From Heptranchias perlo (lineage: Eukaryota), in contig NW_027139559.1 in assembly GCF_035084215.1 (NCBI RefSeq), positions 5,766,001 through 5,830,000 of the forward strand: a stretch of 64,000 nt of DNA. The letters run 5' to 3'. Made by a program: the position numbers and the translations under genes. Shown here piece after piece: positions 1-13,387 of the stretch. Below the pieces are notes generated by a model. That model had not been told where the DNA came from and did not search any database. It worked only from the letters and a program-made list of their open reading frames with translations. The number at the start of each line of letters is the position of its first letter. Position 1 is the stretch's first letter.

Positions 1-820
1 ACATCCAGGCTTGTGCTCATAAGTGGCAAGAAACATTCGCGCCAGACAAGTGCCAGGCAATGACCATCTCCAACAAGAGAGAGTCTAACCACCTCCCCTT
101 GACATTCAAGAGCACTACCATCACCGAATCCCCTACCATCAGCATACTAGGGTCATCATTGACCAGAAACTTAACTGGACCAGCCATATAAATACTGTGG
201 CTACAAGAGCAGGTTAGAGTCCGGCTATTCTGCGGCAAGTGACTCACCTCCTGAGTCTCCAAAGCCTTTCCACCATCTACAAGGTCAACTCAGGAGTGTG
301 ATGGAATACTCTCCACTTGACTGGATGAGTGCAACTCCAACAACACTCAAGAAGCTCGACACCATCCAGGACAAAGCAGCCCGCTTGATTGGCACCCCAT
401 CCACCACCCGAAACATTCACTCCCTCCACCATCAGCGCACCGTGGCTGCAGTGTGTACCATCCACAGGATGCACTGCAGCAATTCGCCAAGGCTTCTTCG
501 ACAGCACCTCCCAAACCCACGACCTCTACCACCTCGAAGGACGAGGGCATAAGGCACATGGGAACAACACCACCTGCACGTTCCCCTCCAAGTCACACAC
601 CCTCCCGACTTGGAAATATATCGCCGTTCCTTCAACGTCGCGGGGTCAAAATCCTGGAACTCCCTTCCTTCTAGCACTGTGGGAGAACCTTCACCACACG
701 GACTGCAGCAGTTCAAGAAGGCGGCTCACCACCACGTTCTCAAGGGCAATTAGGGATGGAAAATAAATGCTGGTCTTGCCAGTGACGCCCACATCCCATG
801 AACGAATAAAAATAAAACAA
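1..820 (+). mobile_element. 3' end of CR1/L2-group LINE (RT C-terminus + 3'UTR)
   Basis: Decayed ORF with ..MEYSPLDWMSATPTTLKKLDTIQDKAARLIG.. and an A-rich tail. The same 3' end recurs inverted at ~6409-6622. Confidence 0.8.
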
Positions 821-2052
821 AGAGTATGCGAGGCTTCAGCGCCCCAGTGACCAGGAACAAATAGTGGGCGGTGATTTCGGCTCCCAGTGAACCGCAACAA
901 ATAGTGGGCGAGGCTTCAGGGCCCCACCGACCAGAAACAAAGTACGGGCGGTGTTTCAGGGCTCCAGTGACCAGGAACAAAGAGTAGTAGGGCCTTCAGT
1001 GTCCCAGTCACCATGAACAAAGTATGGGCGTGGTATCAGGGTCCCAGTAACCAGGAACACAGAATGGGCGGGGCTTCAGAGTCCCAGTGGCTCGGATCAA
1101 ATAGTGGGCAGTTTTTCAGTGTGCCAGTGACCAGCAGCAAATAGTGGGCAGGGTTTCAGTGTCCCAGTGACCAGGAACAAATAGTGGGCAGGGTTTCAGT
1201 GTCGCAGTGAACAGGAACAAATAGTGGGCAGGGTTTCAGAGTCCCAGTGACCAGGAACACATATTAGGCAGGGCTTCAGGGTCCCAGTGACCGGGAAAAA
1301 ATTGTGGGCAGAGTTTCAGTGTCCCAGTGAGCAGGAACAAATAGTAGGCAGGGTTTCAGGGTCCCAATGACCTGGCGCAAATAGTGGGCAGGGTTTCAGG
1401 GTCTCAGTGACGAGGAATAAATAGTGGCAGGGTTTCAAGGTCCCAGTGACTAGGAACAAATAGCGGGCAGCGTTTCAATGTCCCAGTGACCAGGAACAAA
1501 TAGTAGGCAGGGTTTCAGGGTCCCAGTGACTGGGAACAAATATTAGGCAGGGTTTCAATGTCCCAGTGACCAGGAACAAATAGTGGCAGGGTTTCAGGGT
1601 TCCAGTGACTAGGAACAAATAGTGGGCAGGGTTTCACTGTCCCAGTGACCATGAACAAATAGTAGGCAGGGTTTCAGGGTCCCAGTGACTAGGAACAAAT
1701 AGTGGGCAGGGTTTCGGAGTCCCAGTGACCAGGGACAAATAGTGGGCAGGGTTTCAGAGACCCAGTGACCAGGAACAAATATTAGGCAAGGTTGCAAGGC
1801 CCCAGTGACCAGGAACAAATAGTAGGCAGGGTTTCAGGGTCCCAGTGACTAGGAACAAATAGTGGTCAGGGTTTCAGAGTCCCAGGAACCAGGAACAAAT
1901 AGTAGGCAGGGCTTCAGGGTCCCAGTGACCAGGAACAAATAGTAAGCAGGGTTTCAGAGTTCCAGTGACCAGGAACAAATATTAGGCAGGGCATAAGGGT
2001 CCCAGTAACCAGGAACAACGAGTGGGCGGGGCTTCTGCTTCCCAGTAACCTG
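815..2052. repeat. 40-bp minisatellite, ~30 copies (GTCCCAGTGACCAGGAACAAATAGTGGGCAGGGTTTCAGG)
   Basis: Period of 40 directly visible in the sequence. Confidence 0.95.
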
Positions 2053-2324
2053 GAGAGAAAATCAGTCACACATTTATTGTATTCTCACTCTGCACACAGT
2101 GGGTGTAGAACTGAACCCAACCAGAGTAGAGCGTGGGACAGAACTGGGAGTGGAGGAGAGGAATGTTGGAGATGGTGCGATAGGTTTGGATTTCAGCACA
2201 GGGAGGAGGGAGAGTGTGTGGGACGGGGATTTACAGCTTTGGGGGAACAAGAGAGGAAACATGTTCCATAGAAACTAGAATTCTGTGTTCTGAATTCCTA
2301 TCCTGTATTTACAGTGATGACAGG

Positions 2325-2940
2325 GTATTAGAAGGGGAGGATTTGCAGACGGGAAACTTAAACCAAACATCACATCAAGCTCTGACAGAGTCACTCGATT
2401 CATCAGGACCTGAATATCATCGGCCTTTGAATGTGGAAGAACAAATGTTTCTCTGTTCTGTCTGTGTGAAAATGTTTCAAACATCAGTGTGACTAGAAAA
2501 GCACGGAGACAAAAACCCGAGTGAGAGTGTTCCAGTGCACTGACTGTGGGAAGAGCTTCAACCAGTTACAGAGCCGGAAAAATCATCACACCATTCACAG
2601 CGGGGAGAAGCCGTACACGTGTTCTGTGTGTGGACGAGGCTTCAACCGATTGTCCGACCTGTAGAGTTACAGGGACATCCGGACCACGGAGAAGCCGTGG
2701 AAATGTGGGGTCTGCGGGAATGGATTCAATTAACCATGTGAGCTGGAAACTCATCATCAACGCAGTCACACTGGGGAGAGGCTGTTTACCTGCTCCGTGT
2801 ATGAGAAGAGATTCACTCAGTCATCCCACCTAGTGAAACACAAGAGAGCTAAAACTGGGGAGAGGCCGTTCACCTGCTCCGTGTGTGGGAAGAAATTCAT
2901 TCATTCATCCCACGTCTCTGCACAGCCAGTTGACATGTGA
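2325..2940 (+). pseudogene. C2H2 zinc-finger pseudogene
   Basis: Decayed fingers FQCTDCGKSFNQ..HHTIHSGEKPYTCSVCGRGF.., [13 protein letters not shown].., [15 protein letters not shown] with in-frame stops and lost Cys/His residues. Confidence 0.85.
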
Positions 2941-3499
2941 CTGCAGGCGTTGGATTCTGCTTTTATTGTTGCTGTCAATCACATTCAAGATTGAATCATG
3001 TGCATTCTGGCAGATGGGCTATGGATCTGCTGATGTTAAGAACCCCAATAACTGGGCTAGAGTTTAATATTATGATATCGGTCAAATAAATCAGCTTTGC
3101 GTCAAACACACAGTGTGTGGAGTCCTTAATCTCTCCGGGATAAGACGAGAATATTTGATGTCCTGTTACTCATTTCCTGATATTGAGAAGTGCAATAGTT
3201 CCAACACCACTCTCTGTTTTCTGGCCTTGACCCAACTTCCTATCCATGTTGTTATGATCTGGAATTCACTGCCTGAAAGGTGGTGGAAGCAGATTCAATA
3301 GTTACTTTCAATATGGAATTGGATAAGATGAATTTGCAGGGTTATGGGCTAAGTGGAGGAGAGTGGGGCTAATTGGATCGCTCTTTCAATGAGCCAGCAC
3401 AGACACGATGGGCTGAATGTCCTCCTTCGATGCTGCAACATTTATTTGATTCTTTCTATGATTCTATGATTCTCCCTGCGTCTTTTCTCCTCATGCCTC

Positions 3500-6400
3500 T
3501 GCGTAATATCATGGCACTTTTCTCTCGAGTGCTCAAGTTCGAGCTTTGTGTTGCTGGTTTCACTGCGGGGCATACGGGAGGCTTAGAATTTCCTGAATCG
3601 CACGTTTCCCGAGGTGGTCACCCCACAGCTACAGAGAGTTCAGGAGGATAGTAAGTGGCTGGCCATCCGACAGGGTAGGAAGAGGCAGGCAGTTCAGGAA
3701 TCCTCCTGCAGTGTGGCGCTCACGGACCGGTTTCAGTGCTGAATCCCAGTGATGGTGACGCCAACTAGGGGAATCCAATCTAGAGCACATGCACGGCACC
3801 GTGGGGCAAAGGACTACACAGTGGTGGGGTGGGGGGGCACAGCCATGTATAGAAATGCACACAAATGATAGGTGATTGATAGTCAGTGGGATAGTCAGGC
3901 GTTTCTGCAACCGCCGACATGAGTCCTGCAGAGTGCTGTCTCCCCGGTCCCAGGGTAATGGACGTCAGGGAGTGGTTGCAGAAGATTATGCGTCGGGGAA
4001 GGGGAACAGCCAGAAGTCGTGGTCCATGTTGCAATCAATGATATGGGAAGGAATGGGGTTGAGTTCCTGCATACAGTGTTTCAGGAGCGAGGGAGGAAGT
4101 TAAAGAGCGGGACCTCATGTGTGATAATCCCTGGGTTACTCCCAATGCCACGTGCTGATGGGTATCGGACCAATATCCTCGTGAAGTGTTTAACTGGTGC
4201 TGTGGGTGAGGATTTAAACTAAATTGGCAGGAGGAGGGGCACAAGGATAAAGAATTAGAGAGGAGAAACAAGTTGCATAGAGGACTGGGAAAGTCAAACA
4301 GCATTAGCATAAAGAGTAGTTCAGAAATAGGAGGGAGCATACAGGGGGCAACGTGAGGCAGAGTAAGATGAGTTTTGAGTGCATGTGCGTAAATGCACGG
4401 AGCGTGGTAAATTCAGTTCGTAAGCTGCAGACGCAAATTGCCACGTGGGATTATGAAATAGTTGCAATTTGGAGGCCTGGCTCATACATATCAACTTAAT
4501 ATTTCTGGCTACAAGGTATTCAGGACAGGTAGGGAAGGAAGACTAGGAGAGAGGGTGAGGGGGCAGGGTTGATCAGTGATATTGTTACAGAACTGGAAAG
4601 GGGTGATATAGCAGAGGGTTCAAAGACAGAAACTATTTGGTTAGTATTGAGGAAAAAAGAGAAGATATTACGATACTGGGTGTATAGTGTCGGCCAAAAA
4701 ATAGTGGGAAGGAGATAGAGGAACAAATCTGCAGGCAAGTTGCAGAAAGGTGCAAGAAATATAGAGTAGTGACAATGGGGGACTTCAATTATCCCAGTTT
4801 CGTCTGCGAAAGTAACAATGTAAAGGGAAAAGAGGGAGATGAATTTCTGAAATGTGTACAAGAGAACTTTTTGACCAGTATGTTTCCAATCCAATGAGGA
4901 AGGAAGCAGTGCTGGATCTAGTACTGGGGAAGGAATTGGCGCAAATGGACCATGTTTCAGTGGGGGAGGATTTGGGAAACAGTGTTCATAATATCAAGAG
5001 GTACTTATGAAAAATGACAACGAACATCAAATGTGAAAATACTCAACTGGAGGAGGGCTCATTTCAGCGAGTTGAAAGGGGACGAGACACTTTCCCACGA
5101 GGGGGAATGGGGAAGCATCAAAAGCTAGAAATAGATGATTAAGGATATAGCGACTAAAAAGAAACATAAAAAGGAGGCTGATGATAAATGTTAGGCTCAT
5201 AATACAGTGGAGAATCAAGCTGAATACAGGAAGTACAGAGAAGAACTGAAAAAGGAAATAAGACGGGCAAAGAATATGTATGAGAATAGATTACCGGGTA
5301 ACATAAAGTGGAACCCAAAAGTCTATTCTAAACATGTAAAATAAAAGGATAGTCAAAGGAAGGGTGGGGCCGATTTGGGAAAACGAGATCTTCTTGTGGA
5401 GTCCGAAGGCATGGCTGAAGTACTAAATGAGGAATTTGAATCTGTCCTCACCAAAGAAGAGGATGCTGCCAATGTCACAGTGCAGGCGGAGGTAGCAGAG
5501 CAATTTGAAAGGATAAAAATAGATAATAAGGAGGTACTTAAGAAGTTGGCAGCGCTCAAAGTAGAAAAGTTACCCGGTCCAGAGGGGATGCATTCTAATT
5601 TGTTGAGGGAAGTAAGGGTGGAAATTGCGGAGGCTCCGGCCACAATCTTCCAATCTTCCATCGATATGGAGGCGGTGCGGGAGGACTGGGGGATTACAAA
5701 TGTTACACCCCTGTTCAAAAAATGGAAGAGGGATAAACCTGGCAACTACAGACCAGTCAGTATAACTTCGGTAGTGGGGAAAGATTCAGAGAGAATAATT
5801 GGAGACAAAATTAATTTTCATTTGGAAAAAGCATGGGCGAATAAATGACAGCCAGCATGGATTAGTTAAAGGAAAATCGTGTTTTACTAAATTGATGAAG
5901 TTCTTTGCTGAAGTAATGGAGAGGGTTGAGGAAGGTCGTACAGTTTATGTTGTGTTTATGAACGTTCAAAAGGCATTTGATAAAGTGCCACGTCATAGAC
6001 CTTTTGCAAAATTAAATCCATTGGATTAAACGGGCAGTGGCAGCTTGAATAAGAAATTGGCTAAGGGACAGAAAGCAAAGAGTCGTGGTGAAATATTGTT
6101 TTTCAGACTGCATCGAAATATATAGTGGTGTTCCCCAGGGGTCGGTAATATGACCACTGCAGTTTTTGATATATATTGATGACCTGCACTTGGGTATAGA
6201 GGGTATAATTTCAAAGTTTGCAGATGACACAAAACTCGGAAATGTAATAAACAGTGAGGAGGATAGTAACAGACTTCAGGAGGACATAGATAAACGGGTC
6301 AAATGGGCAGACACATGGCAGATGAAATCTAACGCGGAGAAATGTGAGGGGGTGTAGTTTGGTAGGAAGAATGAGAATAGGTTTTATATATATATATATA

Positions 6401-6735
6401 TATATATAAGTTCATGGGATGTGGGCATCGCTGACAAGGCCAGCATTATTGCCCATCCCTAATTGCCCTTGAGAAGGTGTTTGTGAGCCGCCTTCTTGAA
6501 CCGCTGCAGTCCGTGTGGTGAAGGTTCTCCCACAGTGCTGTTAGGAAGGGAGTTCAAGGATTTTGACACAGCGACGATAAAGGAACTGCGATATATTTCC
6601 AAGTCCGGATGGTGTATGACTTGATACAAATGGTTCACCTTTAAAGGTGGTGCAGGAACAGAGAGACCTGGGGTGCACGTGCACAAATCTTTGAAGGTGA
6701 CAGGGCAAGTTGAGAAGGATGCGCAGTCAAAGGGT
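3500..6735 (+). mobile_element. Degenerate, 5'-extended CR1 LINE (ORF1 SGNH-esterase remnant + ORF2 EN/RT)
   Basis: ORF1-like IVRRFCNRRHESCRVL / VHVAINDMGR at ~3880-4170. ORF2 motifs MGDFNYP, PGNYRPVSITSVVGK, QKAFDKVP, SKFADDTKLG. Confidence 0.88.
6384..6622 (-). mobile_element. Short LINE 3' tail with (TA)n, nested in CR1
   Basis: Reverse complement of ~605-800. It interrupts the CR1 ORF2, which resumes at ~6623. Confidence 0.8.
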
Positions 6736-9552
6736 CTCCACACCTGCCATATTCATATTCCTGCTCCCTAATGTAAAGCAGTCACACAAGTATGTGGCCC
6801 TAGATTCTTCGAAACATTCTAAACTCATATTATTAGAGACATAAACGTCTTCCAGTTGCGTTAGTATGTTTAGTCCTTCAATGAATCGTGTGTCGAAGTG
6901 CACACTCCTGGCGAGACACCTGAGAGCTGCGTTTTGATAACCCGACGCCGACCCGGAAGCAGGTTCCGATCTCTGAAGGGAAATGATGAACCAATTGGAT
7001 CTTTGTGACAATCCGGCAATTTTTTTTTGCATATTCTTTTCCAAGATTATTATCTTTAGCTTTCCAACTCGCAATGATATAATTGGACCTCACTGCCTCT
7101 GATTTCTAGTTCCCGATATTAATAAAGTACACAACACGGATTTACTTACAATACAGTAGTAGGACAGGCCTGAATATCCTCAATTTAAAACATGAATTAA
7201 CTTATTTCAAAGATAGTCTGACTTCGTAATATGAGGTCGTGATATCACTGTAATAGTATATTGTTAACGTGGCCATTTTTAACTTTCAGTTAACACCCTG
7301 CTGCATTTCCTATGCCCTATGCAAGGGTATTCGATATTTAGGCAGGGCAGGCAAAAAGGAAAAGGAGGTGGGGTGGCGTTGTTAGTAAAGGATGAAAACA
7401 GAACAATAGTGAGAAAGGATATTGGCTCAGAAAATCAAGATGTAGAATCAGTTTGGGTGAAGTTAAGAAGCACCAAGAGGCAGAAAACACTGGTCGGGTT
7501 GTCTATAGGCCTTCAAACAATAGTGGTAATATAAAGGATGGGAACAAACAGGAAATTAGAGATGCGTGTAACAAAGCTACTACAGTAATCATGGATGACA
7601 TTAAGCTGCATACAGACTGGCCAAACCAAATTAGCAATAATATTGTGGAGGATGAATTCCTGGAGTATATACGAGATTTTTTTTTAGACAAGGACACTAA
7701 GGAGCCAACAAGGGAACAGGCCATCCTAGATTGAGTATTGTGCAATAAGAAGGGGTTAATTAATAATCTTGTTGTGCAGGGTCCTTTAGGCAAGAGTGAC
7801 CATAACTTGATAGGATTCTTCATTAAGACGGAAAGTGAAGTAGTCCAATCCGAAATTAGGGTCCTAAATCTAAACAAAGGAAACAACGAAGGTATGAGGA
7901 GTGAGTTGGCTATGATAGATTGGGAAGCTTCATTAAAAGGCATGACAGTTGATAGACAATGGCTAACATTTAAGGAACAAATGCATGCATTGCAATAATT
8001 ATACATTCCGTTCTGGCACAAAAACACAAAAGGAAATGCGGCCCAATCATGGATAACAAAAGAAATGAAGGATAGTATTGTCGCCAAAGAGGATATAAAG
8101 TTGCCAGAAAAAGTAGCAAGACTGAGGATTTGGAGCAGTTTAGCATTCAGCAAAAACGGACCAAAAGATTGATTGAGGGGAGAAATAGAGTATGAGAGTA
8201 AACTTGCAAGGAACATAAAAGTCGACTGTAAAAGCTTCTACAAGTATGTAAAAAGGAAAAGATTAGTGAAGACAAATGTAGGTCCCTTACAGTCAGAAAC
8301 GGGAGAATTTATGATTGGGAACAAGGGAATGGGAGAGCAATTAAACAAATACTTTAGTTCTGTCTTGACTGAAGAGGACACAAATAACTTCCCAGAAATG
8401 CTAGTGAACCAAGAGACGAGTGAGAAGGAGGAATTAAATGAAATTAGTATTAGTGAAAAAAATAGTGCTGGAGAAATTAATGGTACTTAAATCCGATAAA
8501 TCCCCAGGTCCTGATAATCTACATCCCAGAGTACTAAAAGAGGTAGCCATGGTAAGAGTGGATGCATTAGTTGTCACCTTCCAACACTCTATACAGTATG
8601 GAACAGCTCCTGCAGAATGGAGGGTGGCAAATCTAATCCCATTATTTAAAAATGGAGGGAGAGAGAAAATAGGGAACTACAGACCGGTTAGCCTAGCATC
8701 AATAGTAGGGAAAATGCGGGAGTCTGATATAAAGGTTGCGATAACAGGACACTTCGATACTATCAACGGAATTAGGCAAAGTCAACATGGATTAATGAAA
8801 GGGAAATCATGTTTGACAAAGCTCCTGGAGTTTTTTGAGAATGTAACTGGTATAATAGATAAGGGAGAACCAGTGGACGTGGGTTATTTGGATTTTCAGA
8901 AGGCCTTTGACAAAGTCCCATGTGGAAAATTCAAAGCACATGGGATTGGTGGTAATATACTGGCATGGATTGAAAATTGGTCAACATTCAGGGAACAGAG
9001 AGTAGGAAAAAATGGGTCTTTTTCTTGGTGACAGGCAGTGACTAGTGGGGCACAGCAGGGATCAGTGCTTGGGCCTCAGCTATTCACAATATATTCACAA
9101 TATATATATATCAATGATCTGCATGAGGGAACCAAATGTAATATTTCCAAATTTGTGACGACACGAAACTATGTGGGATCGTGAGTTGTGAGGAGGATGG
9201 CCAAATACATGGCAGATGCAGAATAATATGGATAAATGTAAAGTTATCCACTTCAGAAGGAAAAACAGAAAGGCAGAGTATTATTTAAATGGTGATAGAT
9301 TGAGAAATGTTGATGTACAAAGGGACCTGGTTGTCCTTGTACACCAGTCTCTGAAAGCAAACATGCAGATGCGGCAAGCAGTTAGGAAAGCAAATGGTAT
9401 GTTGGCCTTAATTGCAAGAGGATTTGAGTACAGGAGTAAGGATGTCTTACTGTAGTTATACAGGATGTGGAGATGCCGGTGATGGACTGGGGTGGACAAA
9501 TTTCAGCAATCTTACAACACCAGGTTCTAGTCCAACAGTTTTATTTAATTAA

Positions 9553-9589
9553 TCATAAGCTTTCGGAGCTTACCTCCTTCGTCAGGTGA
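9553..9589 (-). ncRNA. Minimal type I hammerhead ribozyme, inverted copy
   Basis: Reverse complement of the 10770 motif with one stem-I mismatch (..GCTTATGA). Confidence 0.72.
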
Positions 9590-10769
9590 GTGAGGTTCTA
9601 AAATCGCATAGCATATATTAGGCTGGGAGACGGTCACAGAAATCAAATGTGTCGTTGGTGTTCAGACAGGTTAGCCACGGAAAACAGTACATCCCAGCAT
9701 AATGAATACACAATAGGTCAGATTACACAGACAAAGAGAGAAAGAGACCCGAAAGGCAGAAAGAGAGAAAGAGAGAATTTACAGTTGTATTAAAAACAGA
9801 TAACTTTTTTTCCCCGCTGTTGGGGTTACGTGTAGCGTGACATGAACCCAAGATCCCGGTTGAGGCCGTCCTCATGGGTGCGGAACTTGGCTATCAATTT
9901 CTGCTCGACGATTTTGCGTTGTCGTGCGTCTCGAAGGCCGCCTTGGAGTACGCTTACCCGAAGATCGGTGGCTGAATGTCCTTGACTGCTAAAGTGTTCC
10001 CCGACTGGGAGGGAACCCTCCTGTCTGGCGATTGTTGCGCGGTGTCCGTTCTTCCGTTGTCGCAGCGTCTGCATGGTCTCGCTAATGTACCATGCTCTGG
10101 GGCATCCTTTCCTGCAATGTGTGAGGTAGACAACGTTGGCCGAGTCACAGGAGTATGAACCATGTACCCGGTGGGTGGTGTCCTCTTGTGTGATGGTGGT
10201 ATCTGTGTCGATGATCTGGCATGTCTTGCAGAGGTTGTCGTGACAGGGTTGTGTGGTGTCGTGGACGCTGTTCTCCTGAAAATCGTTCGCAGCAAATTAC
10301 CCAGCTTTCAGGAGAACAGCGACCACGACACCAGACAGGAGGGCTCCCTCCCAGTCGGGGAACACTTCAGCAGTCAAGGACATTCAGCCACCGATCTTCG
10401 GGTAAGCGTTCTCCAAGGCGGCCTTCGAGACGCACGACAACGCAAAATCGTCGAGCAGAAATTGATAGCCAAGTTCCGCACCCATGAGGACGGCCTCAAC
10501 CGGGATCTTGGGTTCATGTCACGCTACACGTAACCCCAACAGCGGGGAAAAAAAGTTATCTGTTTTTAATACAACTGTAAATTCTCTCTTTCTCTCTTTC
10601 TGCCTTTCGGGTCTCTTTCTCTCTTTGTCTGTGTAATCTGACCTATTGTGTATTCATTATGCTGGGATGTACTGTTTTCCGTGGCTAACCTGTCTGAACA
10701 CCAACGACACATTTGATTTCTGTGACCGTCTCCCAGCCTAATATATGCTATGCGATTTTAGAACCTCAC

Positions 10770-10806
10770 TCACCTGACGAAGGAGGTAAGCTCCGAAAGC
10801 TTGTGA
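10770..10806 (+). ncRNA. Minimal type I hammerhead ribozyme (Penelope pLTR)
   Basis: TCAC-CTGACGA-A-GGAG(GTAAG)CTCC-GAAA-GCTT-GTGA: hammerhead core, stem II, palindromic AAGCTT stem III and TCAC/GTGA stem I. Confidence 0.8.
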
Positions 10807-12479
10807 TTAATTAAATAAAACTGTTGGACTATAACCTGGTGTTGTAAGATTGCTTACAGTTGCAGTTATACAGGACCTTGGTGAAACCACACCTGGAGTA
10901 TTGTGTGCAGTTTTGGCCTCCTGACCTAAGAAATGATACACTTGACACAGAGGGAGTGCAGCGAAGGTTCACCAGACTGATTCCTGGGATGGCAGTACTG
11001 TCGTATGAGGAGAGATTGAGTCGACTCAGCTTGTATTCACTCAAGTTTAGAAAAATGAGAGGGGATCTCATGGAAACAAATAAAATTCTGAGTGGGCTCG
11101 AGAGACTGGATGCAGGGAGGATGTTTCTCTGTCTGTGCGGTTTAGAATGAAGGGGTCACAATCTCAGGATATGAGGTAGGACATTTAGGACTGAGATGAG
11201 GAGAAATTTCTTCACTCAGAGGGTGGTGAACCTGTGAATTCTCCACCACAGAAGGCTGTGGAGGCCAAGTCAATATTTAAGAAGGAGCTCGATAGATTTC
11301 TTGACACAAAAGTCATCAAAGGGTATGTGGAGAGAGCGGCAATATGGTATTGAGATCGACGATCAGCCATGATCATATTAAGCAAGCTAGAAGGGCCGAT
11401 TGACCTAATCCTGCTGCTATTTTCTATGTTTCTATGTTTCTTTTTTTCCCACATACGAAATTCTGTGTTTTTTCCGAACGTTGGCTCCACCAGTTCTGAA
11501 AGCGCGCCTGGTCCGCACGGTTCCTATGGCTACATGTATTCTGTCTATTCTCGGTGTGATTGAATTATGCATTGGGACTCAGGAGTCCAAATTCATTGGT
11601 TTACACCTCCCTCCTTTGCCAATTGCATTGAGTCACATGTCAGGAACCCTCGCATGTATGACGCATGACATTAATTATATTCTCAGGCCTTGCAACGGCA
11701 CCAACGCCACCTCATTAATCCAGTCCGGTATGGTATTGTTCCGTTACATTTTATGAGCAGTTGGGAAATGTCCCCTTTCATGAGAAGGTCTTAGTGTTTC
11801 CGAAAAGTACTTTTATCTCACAATGAAGACTGGTTGTGACCAGTCAGTCGAACTCCAGCGTTAAAGTGAGAAACTACGGAGGCTCACGGCCCTTTCTGAA
11901 ATTGGGCACTCAATCTAACTGGACACACTGGCGCAGTACTGAGAGAGTGCTGCATTGCCACAGGACTTTTTGATCAGACGTTAAACCGAGGCCCAGTAAA
12001 AGGTGGACAGACAAGTTCCTATTGGGGTAGATCAGAGATTCCCTCCCCATCTCGCAAATACCGAAACAGGATAGCTGGTCATTCATCTTAAAGTCTACAT
12101 CATTAAAGCAATAGATAATATAGAAATGTATAAAGTGGTCACATGGAAGTGTCGGTGTGTCGCCCTCAGTGATACGGGCGCCAGCTCCCCAAGGGAACAA
12201 ATTACTGACATGATTCTCTGAGGAGCTTATAACATCTGCAACAATTCTATCCTAATCCTACACTTAATACATTCTCACTGGCAGTATCACTGTCCGTGCT
12301 GATCTATAGCCTGGAGATTACAGTTAGCTATACATTTATATATAATATATCATTCAAAAGTTTTCAATTAAAGGACATCGTTTCATACAGAGAATATGCA
12401 ATCCTATATGGCTCATAATACTTGCAGGTAGATGCAGCGGGATTGAGCTGGTATATAGTTATAGAGTTCCAAATATTCG

Positions 12480-12945
12480 AGTGGGATGCGCTCGGTGATG
12501 GGCCTGGAGTGCACTGATGTGTTAGATGTCGCTGGGAAGGGGGATGTGAGTGATTGGGACAGATTAGTCAGCGGCAGGACCTGATCAATGTCCTGCGGGG
12601 CGCTCGGTGATGGGCCGGGAGTCTACTGATGTGTTAAGGGTTGGTGGGAAGGGGGAATGTGAGGGGCTGGAACAGATTAGTCAGTGGCAGGACCTGGTCA
12701 ATGTCCTGCAGGGTGCTCGGTGATGGGCCGGGAGTGCACTGATGTGTTAAGAGTTGGTGGGAAGGGGGAATGTGAGGGGCTGGAACAGATTAGTCAGCGG
12801 CAGGACCTGGTCAATGTCCTGCAGGGTGCTCGTTGATGGGCCGGGAGTGTACTGATGTGTAAATTGATGCTGTGAAGTGGGATGTGAGTGATTGGGACAG
12901 ATTGGGTCGGCGGCAGGAACTGATCAATGTCTCGCAGGGCGCAGA
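12480..12945. repeat. ~113-bp tandem repeat x4
   Basis: CTCG(G/T)TGATGGGCC recurs at 12491, 12603, 12716 and 12829. Confidence 0.9.
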
Positions 12946-13387
12946 GGAATTACAATGATATCGCTGCCAAAAATACCACCAACACTCCGAATGACATTTC
13001 CTTCATTCTCAACTCCACTGACATGCTGTGAAATATAAGCAGCCGATTTATTGAATCAGGTGTCTCTTCCCCGGTGACTCTCACCTGTTTATTACCAGGT
13101 AGTCATTTCAGTTCTCCTGACCCTGTACCAGTGGACATTTTGTCCTTTTCAAACAACACTGTACGCTGCCACCTGCAATGATTTGGTTGTCGAAAACAAA
13201 TATCTCAGTTCATTAATAATGTTTCCACACTTGAAACGGGCAATGAGCCTTTAAAGCATTGATCATTTGTGAAAGTCCTGCATAGTACAGCTCGGTACAC
13301 AAAGGAAGCAAGCCAATTTCTTCAAACAGCGACTCCATGGTGGATATTACTGACTGTTAACACTCGACACCAAGTACTGGCAGCAAA

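Larger units (their letters stand above)
9466..10858 (-). mobile_element. 5'-truncated Penelope-like retroelement (GIY-YIG C-terminus) with inverted pseudo-LTR arms
   Basis: Minus-strand SCDSANVVYLTHCRKGCPRAWYISETMQTLRQR..GLNRDLG is a GIY-YIG endonuclease. 9505-10028 is the reverse complement of 10331-10854. Flanks show a ~15-bp duplication TG(T/C)AGTTATACAGGA at 9451-9465 and 10861-10875. Confidence 0.9.
7320..11440 (+). mobile_element. CR1 LINE ORF2 (decayed), interrupted by a Penelope-like element
   Basis: KSPGPDNLHPRVLKE, GNYRPVSLASIVGK, YLDFQKAFDKVP, LYRTLVKPHLEYCVQFW, and a (TTTCTATG)n tail at ~11420. Confidence 0.92.

Noticed and set aside
815-2052. Regular repeats resembling a CRISPR array
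   Set aside because: Contiguous 40-bp tandem units with no unique spacers, no cas genes, and a vertebrate context.
5353-9031. Long ORFs of 130-237 aa on both strands as host genes
   Set aside because: These are CR1 ORF2 fragments or their antisense frames, broken by stops and frameshifts.
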